Under the pieces are notes generated by a model. It saw only the letters and a program-made list of their open reading frames with translations. It was not told where the DNA came from and made no database searches. The position numbers were made by a program, and so were the translations under genes. A stretch of 64,000 nt of DNA, taken from Kiritimatiellia bacterium. GTDB lineage: Bacteria > Verrucomicrobiota > Kiritimatiellia > JAAZAB01. Positions 30,401 to 37,805 of the stretch are shown here, in pieces; the stretch's first letter is position 1, and each line of letters starts with the position of its first letter. The stretch lies in contig JAXGPF010000012.1 of the NCBI GenBank assembly GCA_040767085.1, forward strand, positions 128,001-192,000. Reading direction: 5' to 3'.

Positions 30401-31633
30401 GGCGAATCAGCCCTCTGGAACTGGGATGCCCGGCGCTGGGACAAAGCGGTTGAGATTTTCCGGAAGGCCCAAAAACTCGGGGAATACCTGGCCGTGCCGG
30501 CCTCCGCCGCCAATGTCGCCCTGGTCGCCAGCGAACGCACCAAGCTCCTGCTGTATTCCAAGGGATACGGCGAACGCGTTTCGCAGTCCCGCCGGTATTA
30601 CCAGCACCAGGCAGGATTATGGTCGGCCCTGCAGCAGTCGCAGATTCCCTGCGACGCCATCTGGACGGAAACCATGACCCCGGAAAAGCTGCGGCGGTAC
30701 CGGGTGCTGCTGTTGCTGGACGCTAAAATCCTGACACCGCCGGAAGCGGAACTGATCCGGCAGTGGGTGGCGGCCGGCGGTATTCTGATTGCCGGCGGCT
30801 CCGCCTCGCTCTTCAATCAATGGGGGGAAATTCATGAAAATTATGCTTTAAGCGACGTTTTCGGCCTGGATTACGCCGGGCAGGCCGCCCGGGTTGATCC
30901 GGCGGCGAACGATACCTGGTGCTGGGATGCCGGCCGGCCGCCTTTCCCGGCGGCGGACGCGGAATTGCTACCGGATAATTTCAGGTGGCACGTGTTGCGC
31001 GACATCAAGCCGGTCAAATCCATCGGGGTGTACCGCGTGGAAGATGATGCGTTTCTGGCGGGGGCCGGCGCCGGCCTGGCCTGTGAATACGACCTGCCGC
31101 TGGGGTATGACCGCGTGCGGACCAACACCGCGCAGACGGCGGCGCGGTTTGCCGGCGGCGACCCGGCGTTGACAGTCAACCGGTTCGGGCAGGGTCTTTG
31201 TTACTTCTGGACGCCGATCTATCCCGGGCTGTGTCATGTGGCCTCCGGCTGGGAAATGCAGGCCAACTACAAGGATTTCTGGCCGGGCGTGCGCGAGCTG
31301 CTGGCGGCGATGGTGCAGGGCGGCCTGCGGCACGGCGGCGCGCGGTTGCCGGTCATGGCGTCGGCCTGCCCGAAGGACGTGGAAGTCACCGTGCGCCGGC
31401 AGCCGGAACAGCGCCGGTGGCTGATCCACCTGCTCAACCTCGATCCCAGCCTGGCGCGGGTACGGGGCGTCAACCTGGCCATCAGCGCCGGCATGCTGCC
31501 GGCCGGCGGCGCGGTTAAAATCAGTTATCCGGATGATCAGCAGGTTGTTAATTACCGCGAGGCGGGCGAGGCCCTGGTGTTTACCGCGCGCGATTTTGAG
31601 GTGCATGACATGATTCTGCTGGAGTGCCAATAA
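27482..31633 (+). CDS. Large secreted protein: class I GATase-like domain, HEAT repeats, GH-like domain and beta-galactosidase trimerisation-like domain
   Basis: Signal peptide; LDVLFLPGG; HEAT repeats RR.AA..LG.IGD, VR..AI.ALG; L.RY.VL.L....L......I..WV..GG.LIA. Confidence 0.7.
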   Translation: MLKSGILPALVLTLTASLALAETGTLKRVGVFKDARSHITGSMLKTLAEAQYEVEIIERRDLQAGEKLQRLDVLFLPGGWNALNFAGFHGRRNMIDFVAQGKGILAGAFRSGYVRTANRPLFPQIGAVYNRVNGSGLFPRGGSPLTAGIAVPFYLTAWDHLIVEVGPLGRTFLEDSSGCPVGVYGEIHGGRYIALGCFIGSDAASASMQGPERVLLLNCLAWLASAPALTAEEMAETRRAAELEFLRREKIYDYTLNDRGPDHGPGIMPAVKNRLEAALQSRLARLDDAGPHCPDAARARAAGVRQELELARATLARNYEEARAEKINAINAMSRAELAADNPFLQKEDVLRMIAAVPGKTADEQKAVEQAIAAMNGNVWMDTAPRAAAAFLYGDAIQARLFGQTQFQALLDRADALLAEVEPLAAAARAAQYAAEHAADLELVPGLLQDCASADAARRRQAAQELGRIGDRRAEKALVGMIDDPDSQVRTHAILALGWLQAQAAVPALSRAAQSPDQWARRRAAQALGQIGDPAAADVLLQLMDDEDYFVRENAILALGCLKAAEAVPALLKLIADSDRQHPLQRGLMTAAIAALGHIGDAQALPQLEHWAQTADDFPAPRRGGGRIKNIYSTAQYLGLQGHAELAIAEIKAGGRAAAGVRQADFLGRRDIFYGLTRHFNFFAGRPFPVLKANFPGDPAAAFPWLRAAGVTGIHNSWGAQDDDPEQYRETIRRAGEYGLRWIDVMPQVGNIFGSREHYAVNSQDRTLNKPGAELVLFKFADLPAFQGFWTEEDYPNVEMENADLENYLQGKHGSDYRRVLGVTNAAAQLLPPRGERLPENFYNLRVYAEFLELAGARLLEHWREAQEWLHGVRKGCAFTFNNTTGVRCTYPGVAGGAGGIIDAHGPESYQSFGTDNAFMMELNKDGEARPVLCEFYNMYSPSPEHAARGFAQHLMHGECYYNFSFEQIFAQAGESALWNWDARRWDKAVEIFRKAQKLGEYLAVPASAANVALVASERTKLLLYSKGYGERVSQSRRYYQHQAGLWSALQQSQIPCDAIWTETMTPEKLRRYRVLLLLDAKILTPPEAELIRQWVAAGGILIAGGSASLFNQWGEIHENYALSDVFGLDYAGQAARVDPAANDTWCWDAGRPPFPAADAELLPDNFRWHVLRDIKPVKSIGVYRVEDDAFLAGAGAGLACEYDLPLGYDRVRTNTAQTAARFAGGDPALTVNRFGQGLCYFWTPIYPGLCHVASGWEMQANYKDFWPGVRELLAAMVQGGLRHGGARLPVMASACPKDVEVTVRRQPEQRRWLIHLLNLDPSLARVRGVNLAISAGMLPAGGAVKISYPDDQQVVNYREAGEALVFTARDFEVHDMILLECQ

Positions 31634-33204
31634 TGAAAATACAAACGAATTCGTATCATGGTATCCGGCCGTGCGATCCCGGGGGCAGGAACGGCTTGCC
31701 CAATCCCGAGCGCGGGTGGCGCCTGGAAACCCTCATCGCCGAGCCCCCGGGCTCGCTGCGCGATACGGGTGTGCATGGCCATGCGCACCATCTGGAAGGG
31801 CGGATTTTTCCCGGCTTCAACGACCACTGGTGGGAACTGGATGCCCAGCGCTACCCGGCTTTCGGATTGAAGGTGATCCAGACCTATTGCTACCTGGATG
31901 AATTCATCGGACGGAAAATATCCGCGGCCAAACTGGCCCTCCTGCAGCAGAGTTTGGACCGGCTACGCGCGCGGGGGTTCAAGACTTTGCTGCGCTTTGC
32001 CTATGAAAAATCCAGCAAGGTAACGCGCGGCCCGGCGCTGAAGGATATTTTACGCCATTTGGATCAGCTCGCGCCGGTAATCCGCGCCAATGCCGATATC
32101 ATCTACGTGATGCAGGCCGGTTTCATCGGGGCGTTCGGAGAGTGGCATTCCTCCGCCCGCGGGCTGGAAAAAAATCATGACAACCTGGGCATCGTCCTGG
32201 CGAAAATCCTCGAGGCGCTGCCGGCGGACCGCATGACCCAGGTGCGCGTGCCGAAGTACAAGCGCTGGGCTTTGGCGTATCCGTCCTTCGGTAAATTCCG
32301 CGAGGTGACCGCGGCCACGGCGCATACCGGCGCGGCGTACGCCCGCATCGGGCACAACAACGACGGCTTCCTGGCCGCCCATACCTGCGGCGGCACCTGG
32401 CCGGAACCGCCGTTTTATGCCAATCCCGGCAATCCGGAATTCGATTACCTGACCCGCGAGGCGCCTTATGTGGCGGTGGACGGCGAATTGTACTGGCATG
32501 ACGAGCGCGGGCAGGCGGACGGCCGGCGCGCCATCGCGCGCATGCGCCTGCACCATTACGGAACCTTCAGCCTCTGGCACTCGTATTCCGGCCGGGTGGG
32601 CGGCCGGTATTCGATTGATGGCTGGATGCTCGACCTGCTGACCGCCGAATATGTGCGCGAGCAGCGTTTGCCATGCTCGGACGGCTATTTCCAGGACGGT
32701 TTAGGCCGGGAAATGCCCCGCACCGTGTTTGAATACATCACCGATCACCTGGGGTACCGCTTCGAATTGCAGCGCGCCGCCAGCCCGGCCGTCCTGCGCC
32801 AGGATGAGCATTTGCGCGTGGAGTTGGATTTCATCAACCGCGGCTTCAGCGTGCCGCATAATCCGCGCCCGGTCTTCCTCGTGCTGGTGGATGCCGCGGG
32901 ACGGGTGCATGCCTGGCCCATCCCCGGCGCCGATCCGCGGCGCTGGCAGCCTTTCGAGCCGGGCGATGAATCTTATCGCCCGCTGACACACCGCATCCGG
33001 TTTAAAGCCGCATTGCCTGCGCCCGTCCGGCCCGGTTGGTATCAATGGGGGCTGTGGCTGCCGGACGCCGCGCCCGGTTTGCGGTTCGATCCGCGCTATG
33101 CCATGCGCCTGGCTAACCGCGATACTCCCTGGTGGACGGACGACCGCGGGCAGTATGGCATCAATATCCTGGGCATCCTGGAAGTGACGCCGGCGCGGGG
33201 ATGA
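31633..33204 (+). CDS. DUF4874/DUF4832-domain protein (putative glycoside hydrolase)
   Basis: NPERG, K.LLRFAY, QAGFIGAFGEWH, RIGHNNDGFL, HLGYRFEL, NRGF..P.NPR. Confidence 0.8.
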   Translation: MKIQTNSYHGIRPCDPGGRNGLPNPERGWRLETLIAEPPGSLRDTGVHGHAHHLEGRIFPGFNDHWWELDAQRYPAFGLKVIQTYCYLDEFIGRKISAAKLALLQQSLDRLRARGFKTLLRFAYEKSSKVTRGPALKDILRHLDQLAPVIRANADIIYVMQAGFIGAFGEWHSSARGLEKNHDNLGIVLAKILEALPADRMTQVRVPKYKRWALAYPSFGKFREVTAATAHTGAAYARIGHNNDGFLAAHTCGGTWPEPPFYANPGNPEFDYLTREAPYVAVDGELYWHDERGQADGRRAIARMRLHHYGTFSLWHSYSGRVGGRYSIDGWMLDLLTAEYVREQRLPCSDGYFQDGLGREMPRTVFEYITDHLGYRFELQRAASPAVLRQDEHLRVELDFINRGFSVPHNPRPVFLVLVDAAGRVHAWPIPGADPRRWQPFEPGDESYRPLTHRIRFKAALPAPVRPGWYQWGLWLPDAAPGLRFDPRYAMRLANRDTPWWTDDRGQYGINILGILEVTPARG

Positions 33205-33272
33205 TGAAGGATCCGCAGATTACGCAGATTAACCACGGTGCGCGCGGGGATGACGGATAATCCGCGGATTAC
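33193..33272. repeat. Short imperfect tandem repeat (49 bp period) between convergent genes
   Basis: gcgcggggatga at 33193 and 33242; atccgc(a/g)gattac at 33211 and 33260. Confidence 0.65.
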
Positions 33273-33877
33273 TGAGGGTAATAGCGGCGCGGGCCGCACG
33301 GTCCGCCGCAGGGATAATACCCGCCGTGGAACAACTTGCCCTTCCGCAGGCCCGCCGCGCCGCGGAGGTCGTCGAGGCCGGCGGCGTTAAACTGCCGGCA
33401 GGCGGCCAGCAGGACCATGGCGCAGGCGGCGGCGTCTTCTTCGGCGTCATGATGCCGGAAAACAATGCCCAGCGACCGCGCAATGTGGTTGAGGGCATAG
33501 CTGCCATGCCGCGGCCATGCGATGCGGGACAGCACCAGCGTGCAGTAGTAATCCGTCTCGGGATAGGGCGCGCCGCATTGGTCGAGCGCATGGCGGAGGC
33601 AGCTTACATCGAAGGCGGCGTTGTGCGCGGCCAGCGGCCCGCGGATTTGCGGCCAAAGCCGCGGCCAGTACTCGGCAAAGGTGGGGGCGCCGGCGACCTC
33701 CCGCGGGGTGATCCCGTGAATGGAAATATTGATCGGATCGAAACGCAGCGGTTCGGGCCGGATCAACTGGCTCATCCGTCCGACTACCCGGCCGTTTTCA
33801 ACCATGGCCAGGCCGACGGCGCAGATGGACGACCGGTCGCCGTTGGCGGTCTCGAAATCTATGGCGGTAAATCTCAT
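33269..33877 (-). CDS. DEDDh 3'-5' exonuclease (DNA polymerase III epsilon-like)
   Basis: AIDFETAN, IHGIT, AHNAAFD, YCT, HHDAEEDA. Confidence 0.92.
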   Translation of the reverse strand: MRFTAIDFETANGDRSSICAVGLAMVENGRVVGRMSQLIRPEPLRFDPINISIHGITPREVAGAPTFAEYWPRLWPQIRGPLAAHNAAFDVSCLRHALDQCGAPYPETDYYCTLVLSRIAWPRHGSYALNHIARSLGIVFRHHDAEEDAAACAMVLLAACRQFNAAGLDDLRGAAGLRKGKLFHGGYYPCGGPCGPRRYYPQ

Positions 33878-34012
33878 GCCGGTATTCCAACCATCTCTTT
33901 GGCGGAGGTTGCCGTCAAAGGATGGAATCAGGCTAAGCGCACCGCGCCTGACTGTCAAGCCGGAATCATGATTTCTGAAGGCCGGCCGCATGCCCGGTCT
34001 GCAAACGGCCGA

Positions 34013-34579
34013 TCAACCGGGTACACCCTGCGCCGGCGGGGGCGGCGCCGGCAATTCAGGCTGGCGGTTCGATCCCAGGATTTCACGGATAAAGTCTTGC
34101 TTGGCGTGCGTGTAGGCTTCCCAATCGTTCGGGAACTGTGCGATGATTGCCTGTTTCAGTTCGGCATAGCGCTTGCGCACGGCGAAATCCTGGCGCAAAA
34201 TTTCGCGGAAGCGGAGGTAATCCTTCCATTGCTGACTCTCAAGCGGTACGACATGGAGATGAACCATACGGACATCCGGTTCCGACTCCATGCTGAATAA
34301 ATGGCCGCCCGCATCGCCGGCATTGCCCCGGTAAATATACCCAATCGCCGTCAGCCGTTCCGACAGGTGCGGGAGCGCGTCGGGCTTGGATAAAGCCGCC
34401 GCCAGGTCCAGCACCGGCTTGGACGGCAGGTTGGGTACGGCCGTGCTGCCGACATGCTGCACATCAGCCACCAGGTTGCCGATGGCATCCTTGACCAGGT
34501 GGCAGGCTTCAGCGCCCAACCTGGCCCATCCCGGGTCATAGTCAAGCACCTGCACGGTATGACGTTTCAAACCGATCAT
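34013..34579 (-). CDS. GrpB family protein (nucleotidyltransferase-like)
   Basis: Y...W, HVGSTAVP.L.SKP.LD, HLHV, L.FRE.LR, Y.ELK, YT.AK..FI. Confidence 0.92.
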   Translation of the reverse strand: MIGLKRHTVQVLDYDPGWARLGAEACHLVKDAIGNLVADVQHVGSTAVPNLPSKPVLDLAAALSKPDALPHLSERLTAIGYIYRGNAGDAGGHLFSMESEPDVRMVHLHVVPLESQQWKDYLRFREILRQDFAVRKRYAELKQAIIAQFPNDWEAYTHAKQDFIREILGSNRQPELPAPPPPAQGVPG

Positions 34580-34675
34580 ATTTGTTCCTTGTGGCAGGTT
34601 AAAACACTCTCCGTATCTGTTTTTTTCGCCGCCGGCGTGAAAACTCCTGAATTCGCCGGTTCAGAACTGTCCCAA

Positions 34676-34779
34676 CCGAACCGCAGAATATCGAACACTG
34701 AGCTACAAATATCAAAATCATCCATCCGGTATTTCCGTCTTCCCTTCGACATTCCCAGGTTCTTCATTCTGCGGTTCGG
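34676..34779. repeat. 104 bp intergenic element with perfect 14 bp terminal inverted repeats
   Basis: ccgaaccgcagaat (34676-34689) / attctgcggttcgg (34766-34779). Confidence 0.75.
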
Positions 34780-34840
34780 GGCGTTCCGAGTCCCAGGAAG
34801 ATGTTTGAACTAATTCATTGGAACCAATTTCAGCCCCTCA

Positions 34841-34910
34841 GCCCCTTTTTGTTTTTTACGTAACCTTTCATTCCTGCCGCACAAAGCGGCAGCGGCGGCT
34901 TTTGCAATTT
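34841..34910. repeat. Dispersed ~70 bp hairpin repeat, copy 2
   Basis: Matches 9884-9953. Stem ctgccgc-acaaa-gcggcag. Confidence 0.8.
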
Positions 34911-35087
34911 GCTGAATCATTTCTGCATTTTTTTATTGATCAAAGGAATATCAGAAAACAGAAAAATAATCAATCCGAAATAATAATTATAATTATAAAT
35001 CATCCGGGCAATCAGCGTGGGAACGCGGCGTGCACCGCAGGGCTAGGCCGGCGGCCGATTTAGTATTTGGCCGCCGTCGCTGGCGGC

Positions 35088-36413
35088 CTATGGAAAGCCG
35101 GTGAAACGCAATAAAACGAAGTGAAAAATGACGGCGGTGGCGATGACCGCCGCGGCGGGCGCGAAAATTCCGCTCAGCGAGTGGAAAAGATTGGTTTTGA
35201 AATGTTCGTTGCTGACCACCAGGCAGACATGCACTGGCGAGAGCATCTGCCCGATGTGGCCGCAGGCGTATGCCAGCATTGTGTATGCCAGCAAAACATA
35301 CAGCGGCGGTTGAGGGCCCAGCAGGCTGGTGACAATTGGAAAGCTTGCTCCCACAAATCCAATCGCCAGGCCGGTTGTGAGCCCCGCCAGGAAAGGCAGC
35401 AGCATGATCATTGCCAGCAACGGGATGCCCCAACGCGCCATTTCGCCCTGCATCACGGCGATGGGGGTGTCTCCGTCCGGCAAGGGGGCTTCGATAAAGG
35501 CGCCGTAAATGCGCACGGCGGCGACAATCAGCGCCAGGTTGATGGTTCTGCCGGAAAGGATGGTTTTTTTCCAGACCGGCCAGGGCAGCGGCCGCCAGCG
35601 CTCAACTACAAGCATGGCCAGGAGAATGCCGAAAATCATGGGGCCATAACGGTTGGATGTCTGCAGCGACGGCAGCCATGCGCTCAATCCAGCCAGTGCC
35701 AGACGCAACATCAGATATCCTGCGATAACCGTGAATATCGGCAACAATAATTGATGCAAGGGAGTCCCCTGCGGAAGCGCACTCTCGGCAGCCGGCTCCG
35801 GCTTGATTTTCCGCAGCAGGCAAATGTAGCCGGCGGCTATGGCCGCAATTGAAAGGGGCAGGCCCAGCAGGATGAATTGCCAGACATCCAGTCCGGTGAT
35901 ATGCATGGCCAGCAAAACGCCAGGATACAAGGGCCACCAGAATTCCCAGATATGCCTGAACCAATAATTGGCCCTGGCCTTGTAAACCGCCGGGACTAGC
36001 CCGGCGTCATCGCAGTGATCAACCAGCGGCGCCGAAAAAATCGCGCCGCCCGGCATGGGCAGAAACCCGATCACGGCCGGCAATGCCGCCATGGCGTGCC
36101 GCCGGCCCAGCCGGCGCCGGATGGCGTCCACCAGGTCGCGCATAACTCCCGCCGCCGACATCTGGGTGGAAAGCCAGATGATGAGAAAAATGACCAGCAT
36201 CAGGCAGAAATTGTCCAGGGAAAGCAGGCGTTCGGCTGCGACACGGATGCCGCCGGCCGGCGTGTGCCCGCCCAGCAGGCCGAGGGCGCAGGTTCCCAGC
36301 AGTACGCTGGCCGATAAGTTGCGCGTGACCCGGTTGGCCGCCAGGATGAGTCCGAGCGAAGCCAGTATTACGGCCAGCATGGGGATGTTTGTCATGGCGG
36401 AGCAGGTCATCAT
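35088..36413 (-). CDS. DUF401 family membrane protein (ion-transporter-like)
   Basis: PA.IG.LPMPGGA.FSAP.V, NYWFRHIWEFWWPLYP, LSPVH.CL; many hydrophobic segments. Confidence 0.88.
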   Translation of the reverse strand: MMTCSAMTNIPMLAVILASLGLILAANRVTRNLSASVLLGTCALGLLGGHTPAGGIRVAAERLLSLDNFCLMLVIFLIIWLSTQMSAAGVMRDLVDAIRRRLGRRHAMAALPAVIGFLPMPGGAIFSAPLVDHCDDAGLVPAVYKARANYWFRHIWEFWWPLYPGVLLAMHITGLDVWQFILLGLPLSIAAIAAGYICLLRKIKPEPAAESALPQGTPLHQLLLPIFTVIAGYLMLRLALAGLSAWLPSLQTSNRYGPMIFGILLAMLVVERWRPLPWPVWKKTILSGRTINLALIVAAVRIYGAFIEAPLPDGDTPIAVMQGEMARWGIPLLAMIMLLPFLAGLTTGLAIGFVGASFPIVTSLLGPQPPLYVLLAYTMLAYACGHIGQMLSPVHVCLVVSNEHFKTNLFHSLSGIFAPAAAVIATAVIFHFVLLRFTGFP

Positions 36414-36688
36414 TATTTCGCGTGCTTCTAACGTCCTCTTTTAAAAACACAGGCGACACTAATAACATGCGGCGGGCAGCCATCCAAGTTTATTTAAACC
36501 CCTTGCCCGCGGCGGCCAGACGATTGTCTGCCAGGGGGTTGCCGCGCGCGCCTTGGACGCGGGACGCATCCGGCCGGACGCCGGATTCCCCGCCGGCGCG
36601 GATGGTATTCTAAAAATACCACCAATTCGAATTGTCGTTGGGGTTTTCATTCTGCATAATGACAACGATGTATTAAACCGGGCTGATT

Positions 36689-37768
36689 ATGCTGACACCG
36701 CGTCAACATGTTGAAATCGTCTTGCATGGCGGATGCGCCCGCCGGACGCCGTTCACCATTTATTCCCAGATGGCGCCGGCTTGCGCGGCGGAGCGGGAAA
36801 TGCGCAACCGGGGGATGTGCCTGGTCAAGAACGCCACGGTGATCCGGGTGGCGCGCCCCAACGTCAAGGTCCGTGAATCCGTCAGCGCGGGAACCGGCCG
36901 CAGGATTAAGCGGACCGTTTACGAAACACCGGCGGGGGAGTTGAACGCGACCTCGGAAGATCAGGGCTTCACCCGCTGGCAGCAGACGTATCTTTTCAAG
37001 ACGCCGGACGATTACCGGGCGCTGGAATGCTTCATCCGCGACGAGCAATACATCCCGGATTACGCCGCTTACACGGCGCTGGACAAGGAGTTGGGGGATG
37101 ATTTCATCCTGCCGGTCTGGTTCGGCTCCGACCCCATGCAATGCCTGATTTCCCACCTGATGGGGCCGGAAGCGTTCTGCATCGAGTGGATGGAAAACCG
37201 GGATGAGGTTTTAAAATTATATACGGCGCTTTACGACAACCGGCGCCGTTTATGGCCGCTGGTGACGGCTTCGCCCGCGCGTTATGTCAGTTGCGGGTCG
37301 AATGTCACCGTGGAAATCGTCGGACGGGAGCGTTTCGCGCAGTATTACCTGCCGTATTTTCAGGAAACCGCCGATTATCTGCATCGCGCCGGCAAGCGGC
37401 TGGGCTACCACTTTGACGGCAACTGCCGGTTGCTGGCGCCGGCGATCAACGCCAGCGGGCTGGATTACATCGAGGCTTTCACCCCGGCGCCGGATACCGA
37501 TATGACTTTGGCCGAAGCGCGCGCCGCCTGGCCGGACAAGGTGCTGTGGATCAATTTCCCATCATCGGCGCATATTAAACCGGACGCCGAAATCACGGCC
37601 CTGGCGGTTGATCTGCTCGGGCAGTTGCCGTCGCCCGCCGGGATTTTATTCGGCATCACCGAAGACATGCCGCCGGATCGGTGGCGCGACAGTTGCCGGG
37701 CCATCATGACCGGGCTGGAACAATATGCCGCGGATTGTCCGGGGCGGTATCGCGCGGAAGAAATATGA
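36689..37768 (+). CDS. Uroporphyrinogen decarboxylase (URO-D/MtaA)-like family protein
   Basis: ETPAG.L, F..YYLP, HFDGN, IEAFTPAP..DMTL.EAR..W....LW.NFP. Confidence 0.75.
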   Translation: MLTPRQHVEIVLHGGCARRTPFTIYSQMAPACAAEREMRNRGMCLVKNATVIRVARPNVKVRESVSAGTGRRIKRTVYETPAGELNATSEDQGFTRWQQTYLFKTPDDYRALECFIRDEQYIPDYAAYTALDKELGDDFILPVWFGSDPMQCLISHLMGPEAFCIEWMENRDEVLKLYTALYDNRRRLWPLVTASPARYVSCGSNVTVEIVGRERFAQYYLPYFQETADYLHRAGKRLGYHFDGNCRLLAPAINASGLDYIEAFTPAPDTDMTLAEARAAWPDKVLWINFPSSAHIKPDAEITALAVDLLGQLPSPAGILFGITEDMPPDRWRDSCRAIMTGLEQYAADCPGRYRAEEI

Positions 37769-37805
37769 CGCGGGCCGGCCCGCCAACCATGACCGGGAGC
37801 GACGC

